DNA of 32,000 nucleotides, from positions 120,001-152,000 of the forward strand of contig CAYSNH010000001.1 of NCBI GenBank assembly GCA_964432405.1, read 5' to 3'. Under the pieces are notes generated by a model. That model was not told the DNA's origin, made no database searches, and saw only the letters and a program-made list of their open reading frames with translations. A program made the translations under genes and the position numbers. Each line of letters starts with the position of its first letter. The first letter of the stretch is position 1. This stretch comes from an uncultured Candidatus Saccharibacteria bacterium (GTDB taxonomy: Bacteria > Patescibacteriota > Minisyncoccia > UBA6257 > UBA11618). This document shows positions 15,069 through 23,702 of the stretch, one piece after another.

Positions 15069-16862
15069 ATGAAGTTTAAGTTAGAATCACCCTTCAAGCC
15101 CGGAGGTGATCAACCCCAAGCTATCAAAGAACTCGTTAAAGGAGTTAAAAAAGGCCATAAAGATCAGGTCTTATTAGGCGTAACTGGATCAGGTAAAACC
15201 TTTACCATTGCCTCAGCTATTAAAGAATTAAATATGCCAACTCTAATAATCTCTCCTAATAAAATATTAGCTGCTCAACTTTATCAAGAATTTAAATCAT
15301 TTTTTCCTAAAAACGCTGTTAATTACTTCGTTTCCTATTACGACTACTACCAACCCGAGGCCTATTTACCAATAGATAAAACCTACATACAAAAAGATGC
15401 TCGTATTAATTCAGAGATTGATAAGCTACGTCATGCTGCTATTCAAAATCTATTTACCAGAAAAGACTCTTTAATTATCGCTTCTGTTTCTTGCATTTAT
15501 GGAATCGGTAGTCCTGACAACTATAAAAAAGCCCGTCTAGAATTAAAAGTTGGTGGAGTGATTAGCAATAAAGATATTATTAATCACCTTAGCCTTCTTC
15601 AATATATTCGTAGCCAAAACAATATAGCCTTAGGAGAATACATATTAGATACTAATCGACTAGGAACAGGCAAAGTTATCATCCACCTAGTCACAGATAA
15701 TAAGGTGGAAATAGAAATGAATCGTAAAAAGATTATTTCTATTAAGATGGATGATAAAAATAGAGATAGTCTAGATATTTATCCAGCAAAATTTTGGGTA
15801 ACTCCCCAACATCAATTTAATCTCGCTCTACAAAACATTAAAAGCGAGATGGAGGAAAGAGTTAGGTGCTTTCAATCAGATAATAGATTTGAAGAAGCTG
15901 AGCGCTTAGAAAAAAAGACCTTGTTTGATATTGAGATGTTAAAAAAACAAGGTTATGTTAATGGTGTTGAAAATTATTCTCGGCATTTTGATTTTCGAGA
16001 ACCAGGCGAACCTGCTCTCACATTATTAGATTATTTTCCTAAGCCATTCCTATTAATAGTTGATGAATCTCATATCACGATCCCCCAACTAAAAGCCATG
16101 CAAACTGGTGATTCAAGAAGAAAAGATTCTTTAATTACATACGGCTATCGACTACCTTCTGCTATAGATAATCGACCCTTACGTTTTGAAGAGTTTGAAA
16201 AGAAGGTTGGGCAAACTATTTATGTTTCTGCTACTCCTGGTGATTATGAAATAAATAAAGCTAAAAAGAATGGCCAAATAACTGAGCAGGTGGTAAGGCC
16301 TACGGGAATTTTAGATCCTAAAATATCTATCCGACCAGCTCAAACTCAAGTGATAGATTTATTAAAAGAAATTAAGAGTCGTGTAGCTAAAAATGAACGA
16401 GTTTTAGCACTTACATTAACTAAAAGATCTGCTGAGGATTTAACTGAACATCTATTAGATCAAGGCATTAAAGCTAGCTACCTACATTCAGAGATTAAAA
16501 CCTTAAAAAGGCCTGAGGTTTTAGCCTCTTTACGTCGAGGTGATATTGACGTGGTTGTTGGTGTTAACTTATTACGTGAAGGATTAGATCTCCCTGAGGT
16601 AAGTCTAGTAGCTATTCTTGATGCAGATCGAGAAGGATTTCTTCGCAACTATCGAGGCCTTATTCAAATGGCTGGTCGAGCAGCTCGATCAACTAAAGGC
16701 CAGGTTATTCTTTATGCTGATCTCTTAACCAACTCTATTAAACAGACCCTAGAAGAGACCAAAAGGCGTCGGCAGGCCCAAACAAAGTTTAATAAAAAAA
16801 GTGGCATTACCCCTCAAGAATTGAACAAGCCCATCATGGTTAGTGATTTTAATATTGACTAA
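15069..16862 (+). CDS. uvrB: excinuclease ABC subunit B (short form without C-terminal UVR domain)
   Basis: 597 aa. FKPGGDQPQAIKEL...GVTGSGKTFT, DESH, GLDLPEVSLVAILDADREGFLR and GRAAR are the UvrB helicase motifs. The ORF ends shortly after ...ETKRRRQAQTKFNKKSGITPQ. Confidence 0.92.
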   Translation: MKFKLESPFKPGGDQPQAIKELVKGVKKGHKDQVLLGVTGSGKTFTIASAIKELNMPTLIISPNKILAAQLYQEFKSFFPKNAVNYFVSYYDYYQPEAYLPIDKTYIQKDARINSEIDKLRHAAIQNLFTRKDSLIIASVSCIYGIGSPDNYKKARLELKVGGVISNKDIINHLSLLQYIRSQNNIALGEYILDTNRLGTGKVIIHLVTDNKVEIEMNRKKIISIKMDDKNRDSLDIYPAKFWVTPQHQFNLALQNIKSEMEERVRCFQSDNRFEEAERLEKKTLFDIEMLKKQGYVNGVENYSRHFDFREPGEPALTLLDYFPKPFLLIVDESHITIPQLKAMQTGDSRRKDSLITYGYRLPSAIDNRPLRFEEFEKKVGQTIYVSATPGDYEINKAKKNGQITEQVVRPTGILDPKISIRPAQTQVIDLLKEIKSRVAKNERVLALTLTKRSAEDLTEHLLDQGIKASYLHSEIKTLKRPEVLASLRRGDIDVVVGVNLLREGLDLPEVSLVAILDADREGFLRNYRGLIQMAGRAARSTKGQVILYADLLTNSIKQTLEETKRRRQAQTKFNKKSGITPQELNKPIMVSDFNID

Positions 16863-16891
16863 ATTAATTTTTTTCCCTATCATCTCCCTAT

Positions 16892-17164
16892 ATGCCTAAT
16901 ACAGAATCAGTTAAGAAATCCCTAAGACAAAGCCAGCGTCGTCGTGCGCGTAATTTGTCACAGAAAAAAACTCTCAAAGAAGTTGTTAGAGATTTTAAAA
17001 AGACTGCTGAAACTAAATCAGATGAAGCTATTAAGATGCTTCCTAACGTATACAAGAAGCTGGATAAGGCTGCTAAGAAAAATATTATTAATAAAAATAG
17101 AGCTAATCGACTTAAGTCTCGCTTAACTCAGAGGATTACTAAGTCTAATAAGACTGTTTCGTAA
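16892..17164 (+). CDS. rpsT: 30S ribosomal protein S20
   Basis: 90-aa basic protein. SVKKSLRQSQRRRARNLSQK is the typical S20 N-terminus. Confidence 0.88.
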   Translation: MPNTESVKKSLRQSQRRRARNLSQKKTLKEVVRDFKKTAETKSDEAIKMLPNVYKKLDKAAKKNIINKNRANRLKSRLTQRITKSNKTVS

Positions 17165-17889
17165 TCTAATTTACCAGACTTCACTAAAACGTCGTAGTTA
17201 GAAAAAACATCTCTATCTGCGACGTTTTTTTGATAAGCTAAAAGATTAAATATCTTAGCTGGATCCTCATCTACCAACAACTTCTCTAAAGTAGATATCC
17301 TCATTTTAAGAGGAAATCTTTTTTGTAATTTAAACAACATCTGAAAAAGACTAGCCTGGGGTAAAGACTGAGTAACTGACCCTCCTAAAGCCAACTTATC
17401 TAACTCTGTTACAATCCCCCAATTATCATTCCTATAAGTCTCAGCAATCATATTAATATCAGTTGATGATAAAGATAAACTTCTCCTTGCGGCCTCTTGC
17501 CTAATAAATGAATAGATTTGGGTAGAAGTCAGATCGCTGAACTCTTGATTAATAACCGGCTGCTTAGTGAGAAATGAAAAATCCTTATTAAGAGTTTTTT
17601 CCTCCGAAATAAGCGCTATTACTTCTTTTTCTTCAGATAAGGATTCAAATAATTTAATTATGTTTTTTTCTTTAATCCCCCCTACATTAAAAGTAATTGC
17701 CAAACGATGACCGCCAAACAACGACCTCCCTTTAACAAAGTCCTCAAACCTAACCAACTCCTCTTTACCTTCGTCAAAATAAAAGCGATCAATTGTTAAG
17801 CTAGAATGCTTCTTTGCATACTCTCTAACTATTTCTTTAAGTTTCTGCTGACGTCGATATGAATCAGGACCGTGAAGATAAATAATCAT
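17128..17889 (-). CDS. holA: DNA polymerase III delta subunit-like protein (short)
   Basis: 253 aa. MIIYLHGPDSYRRQQKLKEI... and the overall pattern resemble short HolA proteins of reduced genomes. The assignment rests on weak similarity only. Confidence 0.5.
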   Translation of the reverse strand: MIIYLHGPDSYRRQQKLKEIVREYAKKHSSLTIDRFYFDEGKEELVRFEDFVKGRSLFGGHRLAITFNVGGIKEKNIIKLFESLSEEKEVIALISEEKTLNKDFSFLTKQPVINQEFSDLTSTQIYSFIRQEAARRSLSLSSTDINMIAETYRNDNWGIVTELDKLALGGSVTQSLPQASLFQMLFKLQKRFPLKMRISTLEKLLVDEDPAKIFNLLAYQKNVADRDVFSNYDVLVKSGKLDYETVLLDLVIL

Positions 17890-17927
17890 TGGCTTCTATT
17901 ATAACAAAAAAACGATTGATTATATAT

Positions 17928-18779
17928 TTAATTATTATCCTGACACTTTGGACAATAATGAAAAGACCGCCCTCCCTTCTTAGCCCTCTTCATTTTACTA
18001 ACCTTACACCTCCCACACTTTTCACCCTCTTTTCCGTAAGCTAAGCGATAATTAGCATAACCACCTCTCTTTCCTGAAGCGTCTCTATAGTCATCAACCG
18101 AAGTACCTCTAAACTTAACCGCTTTAGCTAATATCTGTTTAGTGGCTTTATGCATTAATTTTAACTGATCCTTGTTCAATTCATTTGCAGGCGTTAAAGG
18201 ATGTATTTTAGCCTTCCAAAGTATTTCACTAACATAAATATTACCAATCCCTGCTACCACCTCTTGATCTAGCAAGGTTTGATAAATAGTTTTTTTCTTT
18301 TTTAAAACATTATTTGAAAAATCTTTAAAAGATATTACTAGGGCGTCTGGGCCTAGTTTTTTTAACTCTGGTAGATTTTCTATCTCGTCCTTTGTTCCAA
18401 AGACCACTTTCCCAAATTTTCTTAAATCTGAAAAAGCAATCATCTTTCCATTATCTAAAACTAAAACAAAGTGAATAAAGCCATTGATTCTCTCTTTCAT
18501 CTCTTTGGGCTTTATTGGAATTACTTTTTTCTTTTTTATCTCCCACTCACCCACTAATAAATGCCCGGTCATTTTCATGTGAACCAGTAAGATGTGAGGG
18601 TCGGTAAAATAAAAGAGAATGTTTTTACCAATTCTTTCTATCTTTTTAATAGTATGCCCCTTAGCTTTATCAACTTGATTAAATTTTGGCCAATCGTACC
18701 AAGAACCAATAATCCGCCTACGGCGGACTTTTTTATTTAAACCATCAATAGTCGTCTGCACCTCTGGAAGCTCTGGCAT
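17928..18779 (-). CDS. mutM: formamidopyrimidine-DNA glycosylase (Fpg/MutM)
   Basis: It has the MPELPEV N-terminus, an H2TH region and a C-terminal CxxC...CxxC zinc finger (CGRC...CPKC). Confidence 0.9.
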   Translation of the reverse strand: MPELPEVQTTIDGLNKKVRRRRIIGSWYDWPKFNQVDKAKGHTIKKIERIGKNILFYFTDPHILLVHMKMTGHLLVGEWEIKKKKVIPIKPKEMKERINGFIHFVLVLDNGKMIAFSDLRKFGKVVFGTKDEIENLPELKKLGPDALVISFKDFSNNVLKKKKTIYQTLLDQEVVAGIGNIYVSEILWKAKIHPLTPANELNKDQLKLMHKATKQILAKAVKFRGTSVDDYRDASGKRGGYANYRLAYGKEGEKCGRCKVSKMKRAKKGGRSFHYCPKCQDNN

Positions 18780-18782
18780 AAA

Positions 18783-19940
18783 CTATTCCAAGATTTTTAA
18801 GGGTATTAATTTAGGATCGGTGGGTAGGGTGAAATAAAAAGTACTCCCTCTACTCTCTACCGAATCTACTCTAATAGTGCCTCCGTGACGATTAATAATA
18901 TTTTTAGTTAGATAGAGTCCTAAACCAGACCCCTCAACACCATATTGCTCGATATTCTTAGCTCTAAAAAATTTAGTAAACAATTTTTTTATATCATTCT
19001 TTGGAATACCTACCCCCGTATCTCGAACGCTGATCTCCACCATGGGCTTATTAGGTATTTTTTTCAAACTAACTATCACCTGACCATTTGGAACGTTGTA
19101 CTTAATAGCGTTATCAATTAAATTAGCTATTGCTAATCCCAAACGAGCCTTATCAGCATTCACAAAAACCTCTTTTGATTTTGGGCGTTTGTAATAAAGC
19201 TTTACTTTATATTCTTTTGCCACCGCATCAGCATCAGATAATAATTTAGATAAAAATTTATTTAACTCTAGTTTATTAAAATTATATCCAAACTTACCCT
19301 CTTCTATTTGAGTAATGTTAATTAAGTCATTAATCGTCTTAATTAAATTCTTAGCTGTCTGTCGAGCAATTTTTAACTCCCCCTTACTATCTTTACTCAA
19401 ACTCTTATCCTTGCTTAAATTATCTAAAGCCCAATTAAGCGCTGTTGTTGGCGTTCTCAATTGATGAGCGGCGATTGTAATAAAATCACTCTTAGCCCTT
19501 AATAATTCCAACTCTCTAGTCCTGTCCTTAATCACTTTAATAAAAACTCTCGTCTTACCCAAATCATCTACTATTTTATGAGTAACTATACGCAACTCTT
19601 TAGCTGGATTTTCTAAAGAGACCTCTATTATCTGAGGATAGGTACCTGGATCAGATCTTCTAATTACCGTCGGCGCCAAAGAAGGAAACATAGCTTGAGC
19701 TAAAACCTTTGATTTAAAACTTTTAGCTTTGGCTAATGAAAAAGTTTTTCCAACCACCTCACTCGCTTTAATTTTAAAAATATCTTCTGCAGATTTATTA
19801 AAATTAGAAACTTTAAAGCTAGTGTCATAAACTATCACCCCCTCTTCCAACCCCACTATCAAAGCATTAAGTAAGCCCTGATCAAGCGACCAGGTGGCTT
19901 TTTCTTCTTTTTCTTCTTTTTTTCCAAAAAACAAAGCCAT
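18783..19940 (-). CDS. cytoplasmic PAS-domain sensor histidine kinase (no response regulator in the window)
   Basis: It has the H-box AAHQLRTPTTAL, the N-box DNAIKYN, the G1 box RDTGVGIP and the G2 box GSGLGLYL. No TM segment is present. Confidence 0.88.
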   Translation of the reverse strand: MALFFGKKEEKEEKATWSLDQGLLNALIVGLEEGVIVYDTSFKVSNFNKSAEDIFKIKASEVVGKTFSLAKAKSFKSKVLAQAMFPSLAPTVIRRSDPGTYPQIIEVSLENPAKELRIVTHKIVDDLGKTRVFIKVIKDRTRELELLRAKSDFITIAAHQLRTPTTALNWALDNLSKDKSLSKDSKGELKIARQTAKNLIKTINDLINITQIEEGKFGYNFNKLELNKFLSKLLSDADAVAKEYKVKLYYKRPKSKEVFVNADKARLGLAIANLIDNAIKYNVPNGQVIVSLKKIPNKPMVEISVRDTGVGIPKNDIKKLFTKFFRAKNIEQYGVEGSGLGLYLTKNIINRHGGTIRVDSVESRGSTFYFTLPTDPKLIPLKILE

Positions 19941-19942
19941 TA

Positions 19943-21232
19943 TTAAAGATCAGCCCAATTTTTTCCTATCGACACATCAACCTTGAGACGCACAGGAAAA
20001 TCATAAACCGTTTCCATAATTTGAGTGATTTTTTTAACTACACTATTAACTTTATCACTCTTAATCTCAAACAACAATTCATCATGAATTGATAAAAGAA
20101 GCCTTACGTCATCATTTTTATATTGCTGATAAACTTTAATCATAGCTAACTTAATAATATCTGCCGCCAAGCTCTGAATGGGCATATTAATCGCCGCTCG
20201 CTCAGCCTCAGAGGCTAAAAATCTATTAACAGAATTGATGGCTGGTAGCCAACGCTTTCTACCATTCAGATTTTCAACATAACCGATCTTCAACGCCTTC
20301 TTTTTAATCTTTTCTTGCCACGCTTTTATCTTCTTAAAATCAGCTAAATATTCTTTAATGAAATGATCGGCCTCTTTTCTGCTCAAGCCACTACTACGAG
20401 CAAAAGCAACCGCTCCCATTCCATAAACAATTCCAAAGTTAAGTGTCTTAGCCATCTTCCTCATATCTACTGTTACTTTATCAAGCTCCACATTAAAAAC
20501 CTGGCTGGCTGTAAGGCGATGAATGTCTTGATCTTTTTTAAAGGCACTGATCATTTTTGGATCATTACTTAAACCAGCTAAAATTCTTAATTCAATCTGT
20601 GAATAATCTAAAGAAACCAACTTGTATCCTGGGCTAGCAATAAAAACCCTCTTAACCACTAAAGGAATGTTCTGAAGGTTGGGATTTTGAGAGCTTAATC
20701 TTCCTGTTGCGGTACTAGTCTGAAGAAAAGTTGTATGAACACGATCACCTAATTTTATTAATGGCTCTAAATAAGTAGATTTTATTTTAAAAGACTCTCT
20801 ATATTGAATAATTAATTTAATAATCGTGTGCTCTTCTTTTAGATCTTGTAACTTTTCTGCTCTAGTTGAATGCAAGCCACTTTTAGTAGCTCTCCCCCTT
20901 GGTTTAATCTCTAATTTTTCAAATAAAATTTTAGAAAGTTGCTGTGGGGAATTTATATTAAATTCTTCACCCGCCTCCTTATAAATATTTTTTTCTAATG
21001 TTTGTAATTCTTTATTGTAATCAGTTAAAAGTTTCTTGACGGTTTTTTTATTAATCTTAATTCCTAATCTCTCCATTGATCTTAAGACCTCAACCAAGGG
21101 TAGCTCAATCTCATTAAATATCTTTTCCAAACCCTCTTCTTTCAACCTACCTAGTAAATCTCCCTCGTCACTCATTGGGTTATCAGGGTTAAGAAGCCAA
21201 TTAGCTATTTTATTTTTTATTTCTTGATTCAT
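19943..21232 (-). CDS. polA: family A DNA polymerase, polymerase domain only (split PolA, C-terminal gene)
   Basis: 429 aa with Pol I motifs: motif A SLDYSQIELRILA, motif B RKMAKTLNFGIVYGM and motif C SIHDELLFE. It starts at the thumb region, with no 3'-5' exonuclease-like domain. Confidence 0.9.
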   Translation of the reverse strand: MNQEIKNKIANWLLNPDNPMSDEGDLLGRLKEEGLEKIFNEIELPLVEVLRSMERLGIKINKKTVKKLLTDYNKELQTLEKNIYKEAGEEFNINSPQQLSKILFEKLEIKPRGRATKSGLHSTRAEKLQDLKEEHTIIKLIIQYRESFKIKSTYLEPLIKLGDRVHTTFLQTSTATGRLSSQNPNLQNIPLVVKRVFIASPGYKLVSLDYSQIELRILAGLSNDPKMISAFKKDQDIHRLTASQVFNVELDKVTVDMRKMAKTLNFGIVYGMGAVAFARSSGLSRKEADHFIKEYLADFKKIKAWQEKIKKKALKIGYVENLNGRKRWLPAINSVNRFLASEAERAAINMPIQSLAADIIKLAMIKVYQQYKNDDVRLLLSIHDELLFEIKSDKVNSVVKKITQIMETVYDFPVRLKVDVSIGKNWADL

Positions 21233-22104
21233 TAATCAATAATATTTTCTAATCTATTAATTAAACTAGCAAAACCCATTTCTTGAAAAAAACTTTTAAT
21301 CCCATCTCTATTCAATGGCCTTCTTTTTAAATCGTCTAAAGAAAAATCAAATGGAATATCAACTCTAATCGTGGCTAAGTCCTTAGAAAATAAAGCTGCT
21401 TCTTTTTGATTCTCTAATTTATTACCAATCTTCTCTGGCAACTCCCAAAGATTTTCAAATAAATTATCAAGGTTACCGTACTTAGCTATTAATGGGCTAG
21501 CGGTTTTAGGACCCACCCCTTTAATACCTGGAATATTATCAGAAGTATCACCTAGCAACCCTTTGAGATCTGTTAATTGATTTGGATTTACGCCATAACG
21601 CTCAATTACCGCCTCCTCATCATAAAGCTTCGTCTCACTAATTCCCTTTTTTAAAAACTGAACCACTACCTTCTTACCATCTACTAATTGCAAGACGTCT
21701 AAATCTCCTGAAAGAATGATTACCACTAAATCCTTCTCGCCTTTAAACTTCTTAGCCAAAGACCCTATAACATCATCAGCCTCAAAACCCTCCCGATCAA
21801 TACTCTTAATTCCAAAAACCTCAAATAGATCACGAGCCTTTTTTACCTGCGACTGTAAATCGCTAGGCATGGTCGGTCGATGAATCTTATATTGATCATA
21901 TAACTTCCCTCTAAAAGTCTGGCCCGGTAAATCAAACGTCGCTGCTATATAATCAGGCCTCTGTTCTCTAATTATCTTTAACAAAACACTAGATAATCCA
22001 TAAACAGCCCCGCTCGCCTCTCCTTTTGAATTAGCTAAAGGTGGTAAGGCGTGAAAAAATCGATAAATTAAAGCGTGATTATCTATTAGTAATAAGGTCT
22101 TCAT
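21232..22104 (-). CDS. 5'-3' exonuclease / flap endonuclease (split PolA, N-terminal gene)
   Basis: 290 aa. LLLIDNHALIYRFFHA..., EADDVIGSLA and GDTSDNIPGIKGVGPKTA (H3TH) are typical of the Pol I 5' nuclease domain. Its stop overlaps the polymerase ATG as TAATG at 21232. Confidence 0.9.
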   Translation of the reverse strand: MKTLLLIDNHALIYRFFHALPPLANSKGEASGAVYGLSSVLLKIIREQRPDYIAATFDLPGQTFRGKLYDQYKIHRPTMPSDLQSQVKKARDLFEVFGIKSIDREGFEADDVIGSLAKKFKGEKDLVVIILSGDLDVLQLVDGKKVVVQFLKKGISETKLYDEEAVIERYGVNPNQLTDLKGLLGDTSDNIPGIKGVGPKTASPLIAKYGNLDNLFENLWELPEKIGNKLENQKEAALFSKDLATIRVDIPFDFSLDDLKRRPLNRDGIKSFFQEMGFASLINRLENIID

Positions 22105-22514
22105 TTTTTTATTTTAATCACTCTTTCTTTGGAGCTTTTACCATGCTCAAATTCTAACCAAATAGTCTCAGCAGGTAAAAGCTTTTTAATCCTATCAGCC
22201 CATTCTATTAAAATAATATTATTTTTATCCTTAATTAAATCCTTAAAACCTAAATCGACTAATTCTTTATCTTTTTTAATTCGATAAGCGTCTAAATGAT
22301 GAACTCTACGACCATCTTTAAGTTGATAACTGCGCATAATTACAAAGGTAGGGCTAAGCACCCTTCCTTTTACCCCTAGAGCTTTAAGAAAGGCCTGTAC
22401 AAAAGTTGTCTTCCCCGCCCCTAAGTCGCCCTTTAAGGCAAAAATTCTTCCTTTGGATTTTTTAGCTAGTTCTTGAGCTACTTTTTTAGTCTCAACAACT
22501 CCTTTTGTAATCAT
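22101..22514 (-). CDS. tsaE: tRNA t6A37 biosynthesis ATPase TsaE
   Basis: 137 aa. The motifs GDLGAGKTTFVQ, SPTF, HLDAYR and IEWA give the TsaE/YjeE signature. Confidence 0.88.
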   Translation of the reverse strand: MITKGVVETKKVAQELAKKSKGRIFALKGDLGAGKTTFVQAFLKALGVKGRVLSPTFVIMRSYQLKDGRRVHHLDAYRIKKDKELVDLGFKDLIKDKNNIILIEWADRIKKLLPAETIWLEFEHGKSSKERVIKIKK

Positions 22515-23488
22515 ATTAATCTTTCTTGAGGAACCTCACGACCTAAATGACGGTAAGCTGTTTCTGTCACCACTCTCCCAGAAGGAGTTCTAATTAAAAA
22601 TCCAATAGATAATAAATGAGGCTCATAAACATCTTCTATGTTTCCCGAATCATCATTTAAAGCTGCGGCTAATGAATTAATCCCTACCGGCCCACCTTTA
22701 AATTTATCAATCACTACCTCTAATAACCTTCTATCCATTGGCTCTAATCCTTCGCTATCAATCTCTAATAGATTTAAAGTATTTAAGGAAGTAGCCTTAT
22801 CAACATGATTAATATTATTAACATCAGCAAAATCTCTCACTCTTTTTAATAAACGGTTAGCTACTCGAGGAGTTGATCTTGAAGCCTTAGCTAAAACCTC
22901 AACGGCGTCATCATCCATTTTCATATTTAAAACCTTGGCTGATCTTTTAATAATATTTCCTATATCTTTTAGATCATAGAAATCTAATTTAAAAGAAGCT
23001 CCGAAACGAGAGCGTAATGGCCCGGATAATAAATGAGGGCGAGTAGTAGCGGCTATAATAGTAAAAGCTGGAAGGTCTAAAGTTACCGTTCTAGCACCTG
23101 GCCCCTTACCAATTACTAGGTGAAGCTTACGACTCTCCATAGCTGGATACAAAACCTCTTCAATAGACTTATTCAGTCGATGAGCCTCATCAATAAACAA
23201 AACATCATTCTCCTCTAAATTACTTAATACGGCTGCTAAATCACCCATCTTCTCTAAAGCTGGTCCGGATGTAATTTTAATATTAAAACCCAAATCTTTA
23301 GCCACTAAACCAGCTAAAGTTGTCTTTCCTAAGCCAGCTTGGCCATAAAATAATAAATGATCACAAGCTTCTCCTCTTTTTTTAGCGGCATCTAAAATAA
23401 TCCGCAGATTAATTTTAATCTTCTCTTGACCAACATAATCATCCCAATCTACAGGACGTAAAACACCATCAATAGTTAAATTATCCAT
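22511..23488 (-). CDS. ruvB: Holliday junction DNA helicase RuvB
   Basis: 325 aa. Motifs: LRPVDWDDYVGQEKIK, GQAGLGKTT, FIDEAHRL, TTRPHLLSGPLRSRF. Confidence 0.93.
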   Translation of the reverse strand: MDNLTIDGVLRPVDWDDYVGQEKIKINLRIILDAAKKRGEACDHLLFYGQAGLGKTTLAGLVAKDLGFNIKITSGPALEKMGDLAAVLSNLEENDVLFIDEAHRLNKSIEEVLYPAMESRKLHLVIGKGPGARTVTLDLPAFTIIAATTRPHLLSGPLRSRFGASFKLDFYDLKDIGNIIKRSAKVLNMKMDDDAVEVLAKASRSTPRVANRLLKRVRDFADVNNINHVDKATSLNTLNLLEIDSEGLEPMDRRLLEVVIDKFKGGPVGINSLAAALNDDSGNIEDVYEPHLLSIGFLIRTPSGRVVTETAYRHLGREVPQERLI

Positions 23489-23494
23489 AAAAAT

Positions 23495-23523
23495 TTGACA
23501 AAACCTTTTCCTCGTGATAGAAT
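23495..23523 (+). promoter_or_regulatory. near-consensus sigma70 promoter on the plus strand, driving the structured RNA at 23530-23702
   Basis: TTGACA(23495-23500), a 17-nt spacer, then TAGAAT(23518-23523). No plus-strand CDS lies downstream; both flanking genes are on the minus strand. Confidence 0.6.
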
Positions 23524-23529
23524 AACGCC

Positions 23530-23702
23530 GTTAAATAAAGGTCATTGATCTGTGGGCAGGGAGTTTCCTTTAGATATTTCGGGTAGCCAAGCTTCGGCTC
23601 GACTATTCCTCGATGAAACTCTGATTCTTTTATCCAATAAAAGATTTTTAGTCCTTCCGAGGGCAACGCCCACAGATCAATGGTCTTTATTTTTTTATTT
23701 TA
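23530..23702 (+). ncRNA. unassigned structured small RNA (~170 nt): 25-bp closing helix, internal hairpins, 3' U-tract
   Basis: Positions 23533-23557 pair with 23668-23692: 23 Watson-Crick pairs plus 2 G-U pairs, and those two positions would be A-C mismatches on the minus strand. Internal helices are GAGUUUC(23561-67)/GAAACUC(23615-21), AGCC-aagcuuc-GGCU(23585-99) and UCUUUUAU-cca-AUAAAAGA(23626-44). A possible pseudoknot is CCUCG(23608-12)/CGAGG(23658-62). The RNA ends in UUUUUAUUUU. The family was not recognised. Confidence 0.5.

Noticed and set aside
17128-17164. 37-nt convergent overlap of the rpsT and holA 3' ends, and similar small overlaps (9664-9728, 5580-5599, and ATGA/TAATG junctions at 14412, 22101 and 22511)
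   Set aside because: This is ordinary gene packing in a compact genome. The 65-nt overlap at 9664-9728 is most likely an over-extended start call for the O-antigen ligase-like gene.
23481-23666. 61-aa minus-strand ORF between ruvB and pilB
   Set aside because: It overlaps the ruvB start, has no SD, and coincides with the long-range helix and hairpins of the structured element. RNA structure explains the region better than coding does.
23530-23702. Identity of the structured RNA as SRP (4.5S) RNA, 6S RNA, RNase P RNA or a hammerhead ribozyme
   Set aside because: SRP: the only GGAA-containing segment (minus strand CCCUCGGAAGGAC) does not form the helix 8 hairpin, and AGCAGC is absent. 6S: the interior is multi-branched rather than a rod with a central bubble. 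RNase P: the element is too short and lacks GAGGAAAGUCC. Hammerhead: GAUGAAAC is present, but there is no CUGAnGA ... stem II ... GAAA arrangement. I leave it unassigned; a covariance-model scan is needed.
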